Below are positions 51,435-64,000 of a stretch of DNA of 64,000 nt, piece after piece. Numbering within the stretch: position 1 is the stretch's first letter; each line of letters begins with the position of its first letter. Both the position numbers and the translations under genes were made by a program. The notes beneath the pieces were generated by a model. It made no database searches. It saw only the letters and a program-made list of their open reading frames with translations, and was not told the origin of the DNA. The stretch is taken from NCBI RefSeq assembly GCF_006345805.1, contig NC_043009.1, positions 36,890,001-36,954,000 on the forward strand, given 5' to 3'. Origin of the DNA: Octopus sinensis (lineage: Eukaryota).

Positions 51435-51804
51435 CATACATACATACATACATACATACATACATACGTACGTAATTATGGCTATCATTTACAAAATCCT
51501 GGTTTCTAAGTGTCGGCATCTTACATAATGTCACAAACCCGTCGAAAACTCTCCCGTCGAAGACGTCTTATGAGCGTTCAGCTTTTGCCAAACAACATGC
51601 GCGAATGATTTGTTCATAGTGATCAAATGTTCATGTTGCACATAAGTTCACTCTCTACATCAAATCGACGGTGTACCACGCGTCAAGTGTCGAAGTGATC
51701 GCAAGCCAACCTGAGATGAATACTACGCACTCAGTCTAGGAATTTAAATTGCGATCTAGCGATCACGAGTGCAACACCGTAACCACTTGCTATGTGCCCT
51801 TGAC

Positions 51805-51840
<36 letters not shown>

Positions 51841-51842
51841 CA

Positions 51843-52198
51843 AGATAAGCAACAAGACTATCCAGAGGTAATGCAGTACGATCGTTTCATGCGGCTTAAT
51901 TTAATTGAACAATGCAATCTCCTCTTGGAGATTTTGGGTAAAATTATACTAATGTGTCCTTCTAATTTAATTAAATTCTATGTCTTTGTGCAGCTGAAGG
52001 TTGCTCTACGTTTTAAATTGATGTAATGAAATGATTGCATTGTTCGATTAAATTAAGTCGCATGAAACGATCGTACTGCATTACCTCTGGATATCCTATT
52101 TGCTTATTTTGATTTTAATCACCTTATTTTGAAATTGTATGGTTAATACCATACTAAATTCTGGTGCCTCAACTTAAGTACCATATTCATCTGAATCT
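51843..52198. mobile_element. Family G end with local inverted duplicate
   Basis: 51843-51920 is the reverse complement of about 52032-52110, with few mismatches. Confidence 0.85.
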
Positions 52199-52302
52199 CT
52201 CACTCGCTCTCTCTCTCTCTATCTCTGTATATATATATATATATTTTTTTTTTTTGTACTTGTTTCAGTCATTCGACCGCGGCCATGCTGGAGCACCGCC
52301 TT

Positions 52303-52469
52303 TAGAGTGGTGAAAGAGTACAGCAGGGATCACCACCCACCCCCTGCCGGAGCCTCGTGGAGCTTTTAGTGTTTTTCGCTCAATAAACACACAAAACGCC
52401 CGTCTGGGAATCGAAACCGCGATCCTCCGACCGCAAGTCCGCTGCCCTAACCACTGGGCCATTGCGCCT

Positions 52470-52470
<1 letters not shown>
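52303..52470 (-). mobile_element. SINE family A 5' half, fused to a family C tail fragment (52255-52302)
   Basis: CCACTGGGCCATTGCGCCTCC at the end is the family A head in reverse. Confidence 0.85.
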
Positions 52471-52515
<45 letters not shown>

Positions 52516-52548
52516 ATATATATATAATTTTACATATATATATATACA

Positions 52549-52671
52549 CAGTAGTACCTCGGTTTTCGAACAACTCTGATATCGAATAAATCGTGCTTTA
52601 TATATATATATATATATATATTAAAGCACGATAAATTCGTGATCAGAGTTGTTCGAAAACCGAGGTTCTAT

Positions 52672-52673
<2 letters not shown>
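52549..52673. mobile_element. Tigger/pogo-like palindromic mini-MITE with central (TA)n
   Basis: ACCTCGGTTTTCGAACAACTCTGAT (52556-52580) pairs perfectly with 52642-52666. ATCGTGCTTTA/TAAAGCACGAT forms an inner stem. The terminus CAGTAGTACCTCGG resembles Tigger TIRs. Confidence 0.8.
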
Positions 52674-52770
<97 letters not shown>

Positions 52771-53477
52771 TCATAAAAGAATACGTGGATGAAAATCACA
52801 TTAATAATTTTTATCAAGTAGTCAGCATACTATAAAAATTGATAGGCAAATGATACGTTAAATTTATAATAATGTACATGATTATTAATCTAATGAAATT
52901 GCGTGTATATATATGTGTGTGTGTGTGTGTGCGTGTGTGTGTGTGTGTGTGTCTGTCTGTCTGTCTGTCCCGTCTGTCTGTATGTCTGTGTGTGTGCATA
53001 TATTGTCGTCGTATATAGGAATGTGTATATGTGTGTCCATGTATATTTATGTATGCATACATGCACACGCATACACAGATATATGTATTATGTATGTATG
53101 TATGTACATATATAAGTATAAAATACACACACAAACAAATACATCGTCACTGAATTTAAGCATACATCATTGAGAGAGACAAAAAAAAAACCTCTGTTTC
53201 ACGATGTATATTCAATGTTACCAATGATGTAGGTAGTGCAATTAGAGAGAGTGTGTACTCACACTTATATACATATATATGCATTAAGATATGTATGTAT
53301 GCATGTATGCATGTATGCATGCATACACCCCACACAAGCCTCCACATATATTTCCTTCATCAAATTCCACTGCCAAGCCAATTGTGAATGCAATGATAGA
53401 AGCCACTTGTTGAAAATGTCACGATGTTGGAGGAAGCCAGGAAATGAACTCTTTCACTATGTGATTAATATAATATA

Positions 53478-53552
53478 AAGCGGCCACATGTAGCTGAAAC
53501 CGCCACATGCGGCTGAAGCGGTCACGTGCAGCTGCAGCGGCCACATGCATCT
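53478..53552. repeat. GC-rich 19-bp tandem repeat, 4 units, each with CANNTG
   Basis: AAGCGGCCACATGTAGCTG / AAACCGCCACATGCGGCTG / AAGCGGTCACGTGCAGCTG / CAGCGGCCACATGCATCT. Confidence 0.85.
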
Positions 53553-54573
53553 ATTGTTAAACAATATTTAAATACATAGTAATTATTAAGAGTAATTTTA
53601 CATAATGCTGTATGCATATGACCCTTGTAACATAATGTTGATGTGGGATGCAGAGCGTACGTCGTGATCTGCCATTAAGCTTGTTGACTTCCGTCCGCAT
53701 GTGCCTTATTATAATTATATACTATAATGTAATATGATGCGATGAAATATAACATAATATAATATATGTGCACGTGTGTGAGTGTGTGCATGGATGTGTG
53801 TATGTGTGTATGTGTGTGCACGCGCACGTGTATGGACATATGTATATACTAGCAAAATATGCACGAGCATATATACTAACAAATAGCCAAACATCTTTGT
53901 CTAGACTATTATATGCGTATTCGTGTATACTAATGAATATTTATATATATATATATATGTGGTGCCCCAGCATGGCCACAGCCTTTGGGCTGAAATGTGT
54001 AAAAGAATTGAAGAATATATTCATACATACATACATACATACATACATACATACATACATACATACGTACATACATACATATATATTCACTAAGCTGTAT
54101 ATATCAAGTATATATATATACTAATCAAATATATACCTACACATACAGTGACGAACTTACACGTATATAGAAACCAATATATACATATATCCTGGCAAAG
54201 CAAGTCGCATGCTTAGTTAACTAGTACTAATTGCGGTTTTCACAAAAGCCCAAGGTCACACGAGAACTTATTCTAAAACGTTTACCGTAGTTTCATTGTT
54301 CTTATCTATTGCAGTACTGCTATTGAATATCCCACACTTCACTAAGTCTATAAAGTATGTAAATTTTTCTTTCTTTAAATATAAACGAGCTTTATAATCC
54401 TCACTGCTGGCGCTCAGAATTTTTATATATTTACCTGTCACGCTTAAACAGTCAGTCACAAAACAACAGCTTGAGAAGCCGAACGAAACTTTTCTCACGG
54501 TTTATACATCTTTAGATTTTGTTAATCAAGTCGTTAAACCAAATGTTACCAGCTTCATTTCATGTACTTAAAA

Positions 54574-54642
<69 letters not shown>

Positions 54643-54647
54643 AGAAT

Positions 54648-56015
54648 AATTAAGATTCAGTTGAATTAGGTACTTAAGTTGAAGCACCAAGTCAGTTCGG
54701 TATTATCCGCACAGCTTGAGGTAAGGTGTATAAAATCAAAATAAGGAACAGGATATCAAGTAGGAATGCAGTACGACCGTTTCAAGCGGCTCCATTTAAT
54801 TGAACAATGCAATCATTACCTCAATTTAAATGCAGTGTAATCTTCAGCTGCACAAAAAATAGAATTTTTTAACAAGTAGAACTCATTAATATTATGCAAG
54901 ATACTTATACTATATTCATATAAGCGTATAAATGTTTGTGTATATGTATGTGTATATGCACAAATATATATGTGTGTGCATGTATATATATATAAACAAA
55001 ACTCTTTGTATATATATATATCTGCATGCATTATTTTACACTTTGCACATAGTTATATCAGCATATATTTTTCGAGTATTTACATTCTTTATGCTTTAGA
55101 TTTTTTGATTTTTGTTTAAATGTGTCTATGTATTACCATTATCTCAATATCCTGCTCTGATTCATGGCTTAAAATGAATAGATAGTATGTATATCTTTCC
55201 AGATATTCCATTTGTAAGTGGCTTGAGCAGTCTTTATAGAAACCACCTAATAATTAGTTAATTAAGTTCAAGAATGCTATTAAACTGACTCTACATAATC
55301 TTCTTTCTTAATGTTTATAATTAATACACACACACCGTTTAGCTATTTTGGTTATGACATTTTTTGGAATTCTTAAATATTATTTTTATACAACATAACA
55401 ATATTGTTTATAAACGTTCCCCTATCGTGCCCCGAATAAATTCTCCCTGTATTAGCATCTGAAGTTTCTTAGTCTCTTGCTCCTTAACTGGTAATTAACA
55501 TCATGATTTAAAGTCTACCCCTATCCTGCCTCTATTTTTATAGACACTTACTTCTATCAAATTGACTCTTCCTAATGTTTTATTTCCTTTCTCTTGGGGA
55601 AAAGGGATATCTATGATAATATTTATGACCATACCACTTGTTCTTTATTCAAAATAAACACTGTCTTCTAGTTTCAGATTCAATAGATGATAAAGAGACA
55701 AATAAATTAGAAATGAATTACAACCCTCACAACCCTATGACCCCACTACGCTCCATGCGATTCTAAGAAATTATAGTCTATTCTTAGCCACTTTGCCACA
55801 ATAGCGACAACATGAATTTCTTCCAACTTTTTACTCTGTTAAAATATTTAAGAAAAATTATATTACTGTGTCCTACATGTTAAAAAATTCTATATTTTGT
55901 GCAGCTGAAGATAGAACTGCATTCAAATTGATGTAATGATTGCATTGTTCAATTAAATGGAGCTGCTTGAAACGATCGTACTGCATTACTACTTGATATC
56001 CTGTTGCTTATTTTG

Positions 56016-56018
<3 letters not shown>
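54648..56018. mobile_element. Family G element with ~146-bp inverted arms, bounded by (TA)n on both sides
   Basis: 54734-54880 versus reverse complement of 55871-56018, about 11 mismatches by manual count. Long TA tracts at 54578-54635 and 56018-56090. Confidence 0.82.
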
Positions 56019-56092
<74 letters not shown>

Positions 56093-57489
56093 TTGCTAAC
56101 ATGCAAAAGTGTCGTAAGCGAGAAAACGTTGCTTTTTCAGAAAACGAATACTTTCACCATTTCATAGCAAAATCGTTGTACTGCACTTAGACAATTTTTG
56201 ATATCTTGGCATCTGGAGCAGCTGGAGATATAATAGTTTGACCAAAAGAATTGGCTATTGCAAACAAAAATAAATATTGAAAAAAGCACGGTCGGCCAAA
56301 TTTGGACATTATCTATGATTAATGTTGTCCCCACCCCCACCCCACTGTATAATATTTTCTTGTTAAGTTTCTCATGCTCTCTGCATTTTAACACTAGCTT
56401 AACTGCGGATGACGTATCTGAATTATTTATTTCTCTTAGCTACTATAACACAAATTAATCAAGAAGTTGGAGGCCATATAAGATAGTCAACATATTATGA
56501 AATTCATACTGTATAATTTCATATTCACATTGGACATATAACACACAGTTGAATCATTTGCGAGCAGTGGATTAACAAACTCGTGTGAGCATCCGTAAAC
56601 GTTTTCCGGTATTTGATCATGCTCTTTACTTCGTGGTTTCAAATTTTGCTGAGATTAATTTATGCCTTTCATCCTTTCACGGTCGCTGAAATAAAGTACT
56701 ATTTAAGTACGGAGATTGATGGTATTGACCAACTTCCTCGTACGCAGTTGCTAGCCTTCTGCTTAAAATTGAAACAATATACATTTGAAATGTTAGAGAC
56801 CAGATAATCATTTTTAAAAGCCAATTATTAATCCTACAGAGATATTCTGCAAAAGAATAATAAACTGCAAGCTGGCTCTTAGAAACATGATAAGGAAACG
56901 TAAGTCTAAACATTTGCACTCTAGAAATTCGAGATTGTTCTGTTGACTCAATAAATAAGACAGCCGAGAAAAAATTTCGATATTTAATATTGACTAATAT
57001 TCTTCCTTTACTGTCACAGCTGGTTGCCTGAAAAGAGTGACAGTTTAAAAGATGAAAGAGCTATGAGTTTGTATTCTCTCCCCATTGCTATGACCATAGT
57101 TTTCAGTTCGCTTATCTGTAGGCTGTAGCTACCATGAAGTGCTAATTTTCTGTGTCACAAACGATTGCTTCATTCGTTAGCTTTCAGTGATTCAGTGATC
57201 AATGTCATGTGAAAAAACTTACGCTTTTATCGTACTCTATTAAAGGGTTGGCAGTTGTACTTCAGTGCTACAATAGCTTGGGATTTCGGATAAGCTCCAT
57301 GTATGCCAGGACACATTCCGTTAGTTGTGAAGAATCAGGAATGTTTCAATTTCACAACTTTGGAGAGAAGGGTATAATCTATTTACAGAATTATTGCCAT
57401 CGAGCTGGTCAACAGTAAAAGAGGTTCCAATCCCGATCGTCCTTCTTTTTTTTGTTTTTTAGATATAGTGCATTTAGTGTTACACTCTT

Positions 57490-57840
57490 TTATCTTTTAA
57501 CTTTTACTTGTGTCAATAATTAGACTGCGCCCATGCTGGGGCACCGTCTTGAAGTATTTTTAGTCGAATTAATCAACCCAAGTACTTTTTTCAAGCCTGG
57601 TACTTATTCCATCGATATCGTTTGCCGAACCGTTAAGTGACGGAACATAAACACACCACCACCGGTTGTCAAGCAGTGATGGTGGGGAAAACACAAAGAC
57701 GCACACACATAGATATATACATACATATATACGACAAGCTTCTTTCGGTTTCCGTCTACCAAACCCACTCACAAGGCTTTCGTCGGTTCGAGGCTATATT
57801 AGAAGACACTTGCCCAAGGTTCCATGCAGTAGGAGTGAAC
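57490..57840 (-). mobile_element. SINE family C
   Basis: TTTTACTTGTG...CCATGCTGGGGCACCG...TTCCGTCTACCAAA...GAAGACACTTGCCCAAGG. Confidence 0.85.
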
Positions 57841-57874
57841 TTGTCAGGTTACAAACTCACAAGTGAGACTGGAG

Positions 57875-58580
57875 CTAAGATGTTTAGGTACCATATGAGA
57901 GAGTCAGAAGTAATTAATGCCTTACAACTGTTTCTGGTACATCCCAAGTGATGGGCCAACATCTCCATACACTGGCTATACTGTCATCAGAGACAGGGTG
58001 TGTATTTAGGAAAGTTCCAGATAGAGACTTCACAGTATATAAAGTATAAAAAAGTAGATAGAAGAATAAATATAAAAGAATAAAGTTTACCGTTGATCTT
58101 GTTCCAGTGGGTATGGTTCTTAGTCCGTACTTCCGTGTAAGTATAGCCCCTTAAGTATAATCCCAGTTTGTAAAAAAAATGTGGATTATTTTTCTTACAA
58201 CTTAACCATTTGATCTATTCCCTCAGTCTGAATACAACATTCAAAATACTGCCTGGATTTAGCTGGGATTATATACTTAAGGGGCCATACTTACACGGAA
58301 TTACGGACTAAATTCCATACCCTCTGGAACAAGATGAACTGTGAACTTTATTCTTCTGTCTTTATTCTTCCATCTACTGTTTGATTCTTTTATATGCTGT
58401 GAATTCTCTGTCTGGAACTTTCCTACATACGCATCCTGTCTCTGGTGACGGTATAGCCAGTGTATGGAGATGCTGACCCATCAACTGGGATATCTCAGAA
58501 ACAGCTGTAAGACGTTAATTATTTGTACTACTCCATTTTTGATTCGCCTTACCCTAATTAAATATTCTAAATGACCTGAG
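57875..58580. mobile_element. Foldback/MITE-like element with ~270-bp inverted arms
   Basis: CATCTCCATACACTGGCTATAC...GGAAAGTTCCAGA...GATCTTGTTCCAG...CCCCTTAAGTAT (about 57910-58167) mirrors 58262-58530. The spacer is about 90 bp. Confidence 0.85.
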
Positions 58581-58649
58581 ATACTCGTGCTGCCTTGGTT
58601 TCGTTTTCATTTTCTTTTAATATTCTTTTACAAGAATATATATATATAT

Positions 58650-58743
<94 letters not shown>

Positions 58744-58922
58744 GAGAAAGAAGCAACAAGAATTCTTGTTGCTCTTTCTCGCTTATAATCACCCCACATT
58801 ACTGTATGTTAAAACAGTATAGTTTTTTTTGGTGCATCTAAGTTAGGTACCATATTCAAGTAAATTCATTTAAATTAACTTGAATCTTTATTGCTTTTTG
58901 TATATATATTATATATATTATA

Positions 58923-58979
<57 letters not shown>

Positions 58980-59825
58980 TGTATATTTACATATATAAGT
59001 ACACGGACACATACGCACACAGAAACATACACGCATACACAATATACTACACACACAAACACAGATTCTCACAGACACACACACACACACACACACACAC
59101 AGATATTGATCAATTCCTAGATCGATAATCCAGTAAAATCTGTCTTCCTCATTTGTTTAGATTTCCTCATTGTTAACATTGAGGTGTATTATTTCGTACG
59201 AGACTGTATTTGTTCCGATATCTTTACGTAATTTACCGTTCCAAACCGGAAATAGTCTTTCATACTAGCGTTCAATTGGAGCACATCTTTCTTGTCCTCA
59301 GCACCATCTTCTCTCTCTATTGTTCTTTGAAGTATACCGTAACAGAAGTGCACTCTCTCACTCTTCCTCCACTCTCTGTCTCTCTCTCTCTCTCTCTGCA
59401 CATTTTACACTTTGTCTCTCTCTCTTCTCTGTCTTCAGCGCTCAACATTACATTGTTTTTTTTTTCTGTAATTCTTGTTTTATCGTCTGATAAGCAGTGT
59501 CACAGTCCCAGATTGATTCGTTTTGTATGTTTTAAAAATATTTCTTCGTTTCCTGTCAACCTGGCTTACTGCATATTCCATTTCGTACATTTTTCACCAC
59601 TCGCTGCCTTGTGTATTTATCCGTCTTTCTATCTATCAGTCTCTCTGCTTAGTATGTATATATTTTTACCTACATACATACATACACACCACACACAACA
59701 CACACACACACACAACACACATATTTATTTATTATATATTATAATATATATATATATAAGATACACACACACGGACACAAAAACATATATACATGTATAT
59801 ATTTATCTCTATCTATCTATCTATC

Positions 59826-59881
<56 letters not shown>

Positions 59882-60065
59882 GTCTATCTATCTATCTATC
59901 TATCTATCTATATCTATCTTTATATCTATCTATCTATCTAATCATCTATCTATCTCTCTATCTATCTATCTATCTATCCTATCTATCTATCTATCTATCT
60001 ATCTATCATCTATCAGAATATATATATATATATATAGATATATATATATATATAATATATATAAT

Positions 60066-60099
<34 letters not shown>

Positions 60100-60209
60100 C
60101 AAATTGAGATAGGGGTTGTAATGCAACCCTATATATATATATATATATATGAATATACATGAATATATATATCCAAATACATATGCATGTATGCGTTTAC
60201 ATATATGTG

Positions 60210-60244
<35 letters not shown>

Positions 60245-60325
60245 GTATGTGCGTTATTTAAACATACACACACATACATACATACATTTATACACACACA
60301 CACAAAGAGAAGGAGAGGAAGACAA

Positions 60326-60358
<33 letters not shown>

Positions 60359-60409
60359 TCCTTCTCTATATATCTGTGCTTTGTATTTTATTTCTTTCTC
60401 GCTCAGTCA

Positions 60410-60450
<41 letters not shown>

Positions 60451-60679
60451 TGCTCTTCCTTTCTTTATCTCTCTCTCTACCTACCTGACTGCCACTGATT
60501 ATTGTTGCATGTTTCAGGTAATAGCAGGTAAAAATCCGCAGATATAACCGCTTCACTTTGTCAACAGTGTTGGCAGAGACCTTTTAAGGTTCTTGACAAC
60601 CAACGAGATCCCTCTTAATTGCGCTCGAACGGCCGTCGTCACTCAGGATATCAATGATTAATAACACAGGGTAGCAGTG

Positions 60680-60933
60680 GTGGTGGTGGTGGTGGTGGTG
60701 GTGGTGGTGGTTGTGTTAGTGGAAATGATGACGATAATGATAACGATGGTGATTTATTTCTTTACATCTTTATTTGTTTTGCATAAATGATTAAGGTGCT
60801 CAGATAGGGGTTAGCCTCTTTAATGCTAACCATTAACTATGATTCAGTAGGAAGATAGTGCACTCAATGATGATGATGATGGTGATGATAATGGTGGCGG
60901 TGGTGGTGGTGGTGATGATATTGACGACCATGG

Positions 60934-60973
<40 letters not shown>

Positions 60974-61190
60974 AATGGTGGTGGTGGTGGTTGTGGTGGT
61001 GATGAGGATCATGGCAATAATGGTGATTGAGGTGATGATGATGATTATGATGATAGTGGTGGTAGGAGTCTTGGTGGTGGTTGTAGTAAGAGTGGGGTTC
61101 GTGATGTTCGTGACAATGATAGTGATGATAACTATGGTGATGATGATGCTGTTCATGATGATGCGATGTTGTTGATGATGATAGTGATAG
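60680..61190. repeat. Compound (GGT)n/(GAT)n trinucleotide region
   Basis: Directly visible. It explains the poly-M/V and poly-I/T ORFs on both strands. Confidence 0.9.
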
Positions 61191-61325
61191 TAACTTTAAC
61201 CCCTCCCCCCATTAAACACAGATACGGTTGCACGTACCTGTGAAAACTGGAATGGAGTAACATAACACAAAATAATTTGGTAATATGAGTGATGATAGTA
61301 AAAATAATGTAAATAATGATAACAA

Positions 61326-62025
61326 AGCGGCGAGCTGGCAGAAACGTTAGCACGCCGGGCAAAATGCTTACCGGTATTTCGGCTGCCGCTACGTTCTGAG
61401 TTCAAATCCCTTCGTCTGTCCTTGTTTGTCCCCTCTGTGTTTAGCCCCTTGTGGGTAATAAAGAAATAGGTATTTCGTCTGCCGCTACGTTCTGAGTTCA
61501 AATTCCGCCCAGGTCGACTTTGCCTTTCATCCTTTCGGGGTCGATTAAATAAGTACCAGTTAAGCACTGGGGTCGATGTAATCGACTTAATCCGTTTGTC
61601 TGTCCTTGTTTGTCCTGTCTGTATTTAACTCCTTGTGGGTAGTAAATAAATAGTTTAGCCCCTTGTGAGTAGTAAAGAAATAGGTATTTCGTCTGCCGCT
61701 ACGTTCTGAGTTCAAATTCCGCCGAGGTCGACTTTGCCTTTCATCTTTTCGGGGTCGATTAAATAAGTACCAGTTACGCACTGGGGTCGATATAATTAAC
61801 TTAATCCGTTTGTCTGTCCTTGTTTGTCCTCTCTGTGTTTAGCCCCTTGTGGGTAGTAAAGAAATAGGTATTTCGTCTGTCGTTACGTCCTGAGTTCAAA
61901 TTCCACCGAGGTCGACTTTTCCTTTCATCTTTTCGGGATCGATAAATTATGTACCAGTTGCATACTGGGGGTTAATCTAATCGACTTGTGCCCTCCCTCA
62001 AAATTTCGGGGCCTAGAATAGTAAA
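61326..62025 (+). mobile_element. SINE family B tandem multimer (about 4 units, one head)
   Basis: Three AAAGAAATAGGTATTTCGTCTG junctions at about 61460, 61675 and 61858. The last unit ends with tail 2. Confidence 0.9.
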
Positions 62026-62039
62026 GAATAATAATAATA

Positions 62040-62385
62040 CCTGACTGGAAGTGTTATCATGTACCTTGTTTTGTCTTGATATAAATCATGGGCTACAGCA
62101 AATATTCTGCTGAATACCACAGATTTGCTTGACCATGACCAGTTGAGCATGTCCCTTAGTGGCTGATGATATGTGAATCCCTGATCACGAGCGGAAGTAT
62201 TGGGGAAGCATCAAAGCCACGTGTTGAAAGGAATTCTTTGGGGTTTGGATAATTTACGTTTGGAAACATGGGTATTTCGTTCAGCATCCTTAAACAACCC
62301 TTTTTCCGGGACCTTTTGAGTGGGATGGGCTACTCGATCTGAAGAAAATTCTAACTGGGCCTCACCTGCAAGGTCATGTGCTATT
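62040..62385 (+). mobile_element. Third copy of the (TAA)n-associated non-coding element, truncated at both ends
   Basis: Preceded by AATAATAATAATA. CTGACTGGAAGTGTTATCATGTAC...ACCTGCAAGGTCATGTGCT matches the reverse complement of 40360-40710. Confidence 0.8.
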
Positions 62386-62549
62386 AATCGTGCATGATGA
62401 AGGCTTGAGCGAAAAGGAAAATACCTGTCCAGTCCTTTCAACCTCCTCCACCACACTATCTCTTTCGCCATAGCCACCAGACAGAAAAAAACTGTCTTGC
62501 CTTCGCCCCCCCCCCCCCAAAAAAAGCAGAAGAGCGATCTTCACGATAG

Positions 62550-64000
62550 ACTCGACTGATAACTGGTTCCGCCCTACAGGGGATTTTCCAAGGAGACTTC
62601 TCTCTCTGTTACCCTTCGTCGTTGCGTTAATCCTTCTGAGAAGTATACTAAAAATCCGCGGTTGCCTATGGGCTTACCAAATCTAAGACGAAAATAAATC
62701 ACCTACTTCATATGGATGACCTCAAACTGTATAGGAAAATTAAGACAAGCGTAAATACTTTGATCCAAACAATGAGAATATTCTGTAAAGATAGTGAAAT
62801 GCAGATCGGGATAAATAAGTGCGCAGTACTAGTTATGAAGAGAAGCAGGAAGGTAAAGCCCGATGGTATAAAATTACGAAACAACATCGTTAAATGTTAA
62901 TGAGGGGTAAACATATCTAGGAGTTCTGCAACACGATACGATAATGGAACGAGAAATGAGAGAGAAAGTCAGTCAGTAAAGTGTACAAGAGGAGAATTAG
63001 GAAGCTGCTCGAAACAAAATTAATTGGAAGGAACATTGTGAAATCCGTAAGTACATGGGCTATAGCCATACTGAGATATTCTGCTCTGTTTCTGAAATGA
63101 ACAAAGATCGAGCTACAGAACTTGAATAGAAGAACTAGAAAGCTGCTCACAATTCACACCGCACTCCAACTTAAAAGTAATACTCACCGACTCTATTAAT
63201 CAAGAAAGTAAAGTGTAGAGGATTACAAAATGTAGAAGTCACTGTTAATACTGTGATATTGGATCTGAAAAATTATGTTGTGCAAAGTAAGAAAGAATAC
63301 TTTCGGTAATCAGAGATACACAAGAAGTGACTGAAGCAGTTGGAGAATACAAAGAGAAAAAGGACAACAGAACAAAAAAAAAATGGAAACAAATAAAGCT
63401 ACATGGCCAGTTCATGCAACAAATCTAAAATGTTGTAAGTAAAGAATGCTGGCTCTTATTGACAAACAGGAATTTGACGAGAGACCCAAATACTAATTTT
63501 AGCCGCCCAGAAACAAACTATTAAAACTAATCTGATAAACTCAGTCAGACAGCAAACGCAGAGTATGCTGGAAAGGAGTCGAAAGTATCAATCACCTTTT
63601 GAGTGAGTGCAGTAAACTCACACAAAGGGAGTATAAGCGTAGGCATGACTCTGTAGACAAAATAGTCCATTGGAGTGCTAGCCGAGTAAGTGGCTTTAAA
63701 ATAACAGAAAAGTGGTATGAATATGAATTATAAGGGTTGTGATAGGAAAAGGTGCAAGATGTGATAAGGGTTTTGATAGGAGAAAGTACAAGATGTGGTA
63801 AGGGTTGTGATAAGAAAAGGTGCAAGATCATAGATTTCGCAATTCCCTCTGATAACAGAGTCGATACAAAAGAAATTGAAAAAAAAAAAGAAAAATATCA
63901 GGACCCAGCCAGAGAATTAGGGAGACTGTGGAAGACTAAGACAGTAGTTACTACTGTAGTAATTGGTGCACTTGAAATATCACAACGAAAGAGTTACAGA
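62550..64000 (+). mobile_element. Degenerate R4/Dong-like RLE LINE (RT to endonuclease), running off the window
   Basis: GIFQGD, INHLLHMDDLKLY, GINKCAVL, YLGVLQ, RRTRKLLT, LHGQF, CRVC...ESINHLLSECSKL..REYKRRHD, DFAIPSD...EKYQD.ARELGRLW, VVIGAL. Many stops and frameshifts. Confidence 0.9.

Overview
AT-rich, repeat-saturated eukaryotic DNA, most likely from an octopod cephalopod. This is an inference from the SINE families and microsatellite load; no database search was run. I could not confidently identify a host protein-coding gene, and most ORF-track entries are translations of (TA)n, (CA)n, (TACA)n, (GATA)n, (TAA)n or SINE sequence. The window contains: (i) at least five tRNA-headed SINE families, labelled A-F here for convenience, several with clear target-site duplications (TSDs); (ii) decayed Penelope-like element (PLE) pieces (RT, thumb/HTH, GIY-YIG) and two minimal hammerhead-ribozyme-like motifs; (iii) RTE-type and restriction-like-endonuclease (R4/Dong-like) LINE remnants, some sitting in (TAA)n tracts next to a ~600-bp non-coding element that also sits in (TAA)n; (iv) Tc1, mariner, hAT, Tigger-like and MITE/foldback DNA elements; (v) a full-length 5S rRNA pseudogene; (vi) an unclassified ~1-kb element whose end is repeatedly present as a locus-specific inverted duplicate; (vii) a few unique segments with candidate exons or regulatory motifs. 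Identities and alignments were estimated by eye, and element boundaries are approximate unless a TSD or TIR is quoted.
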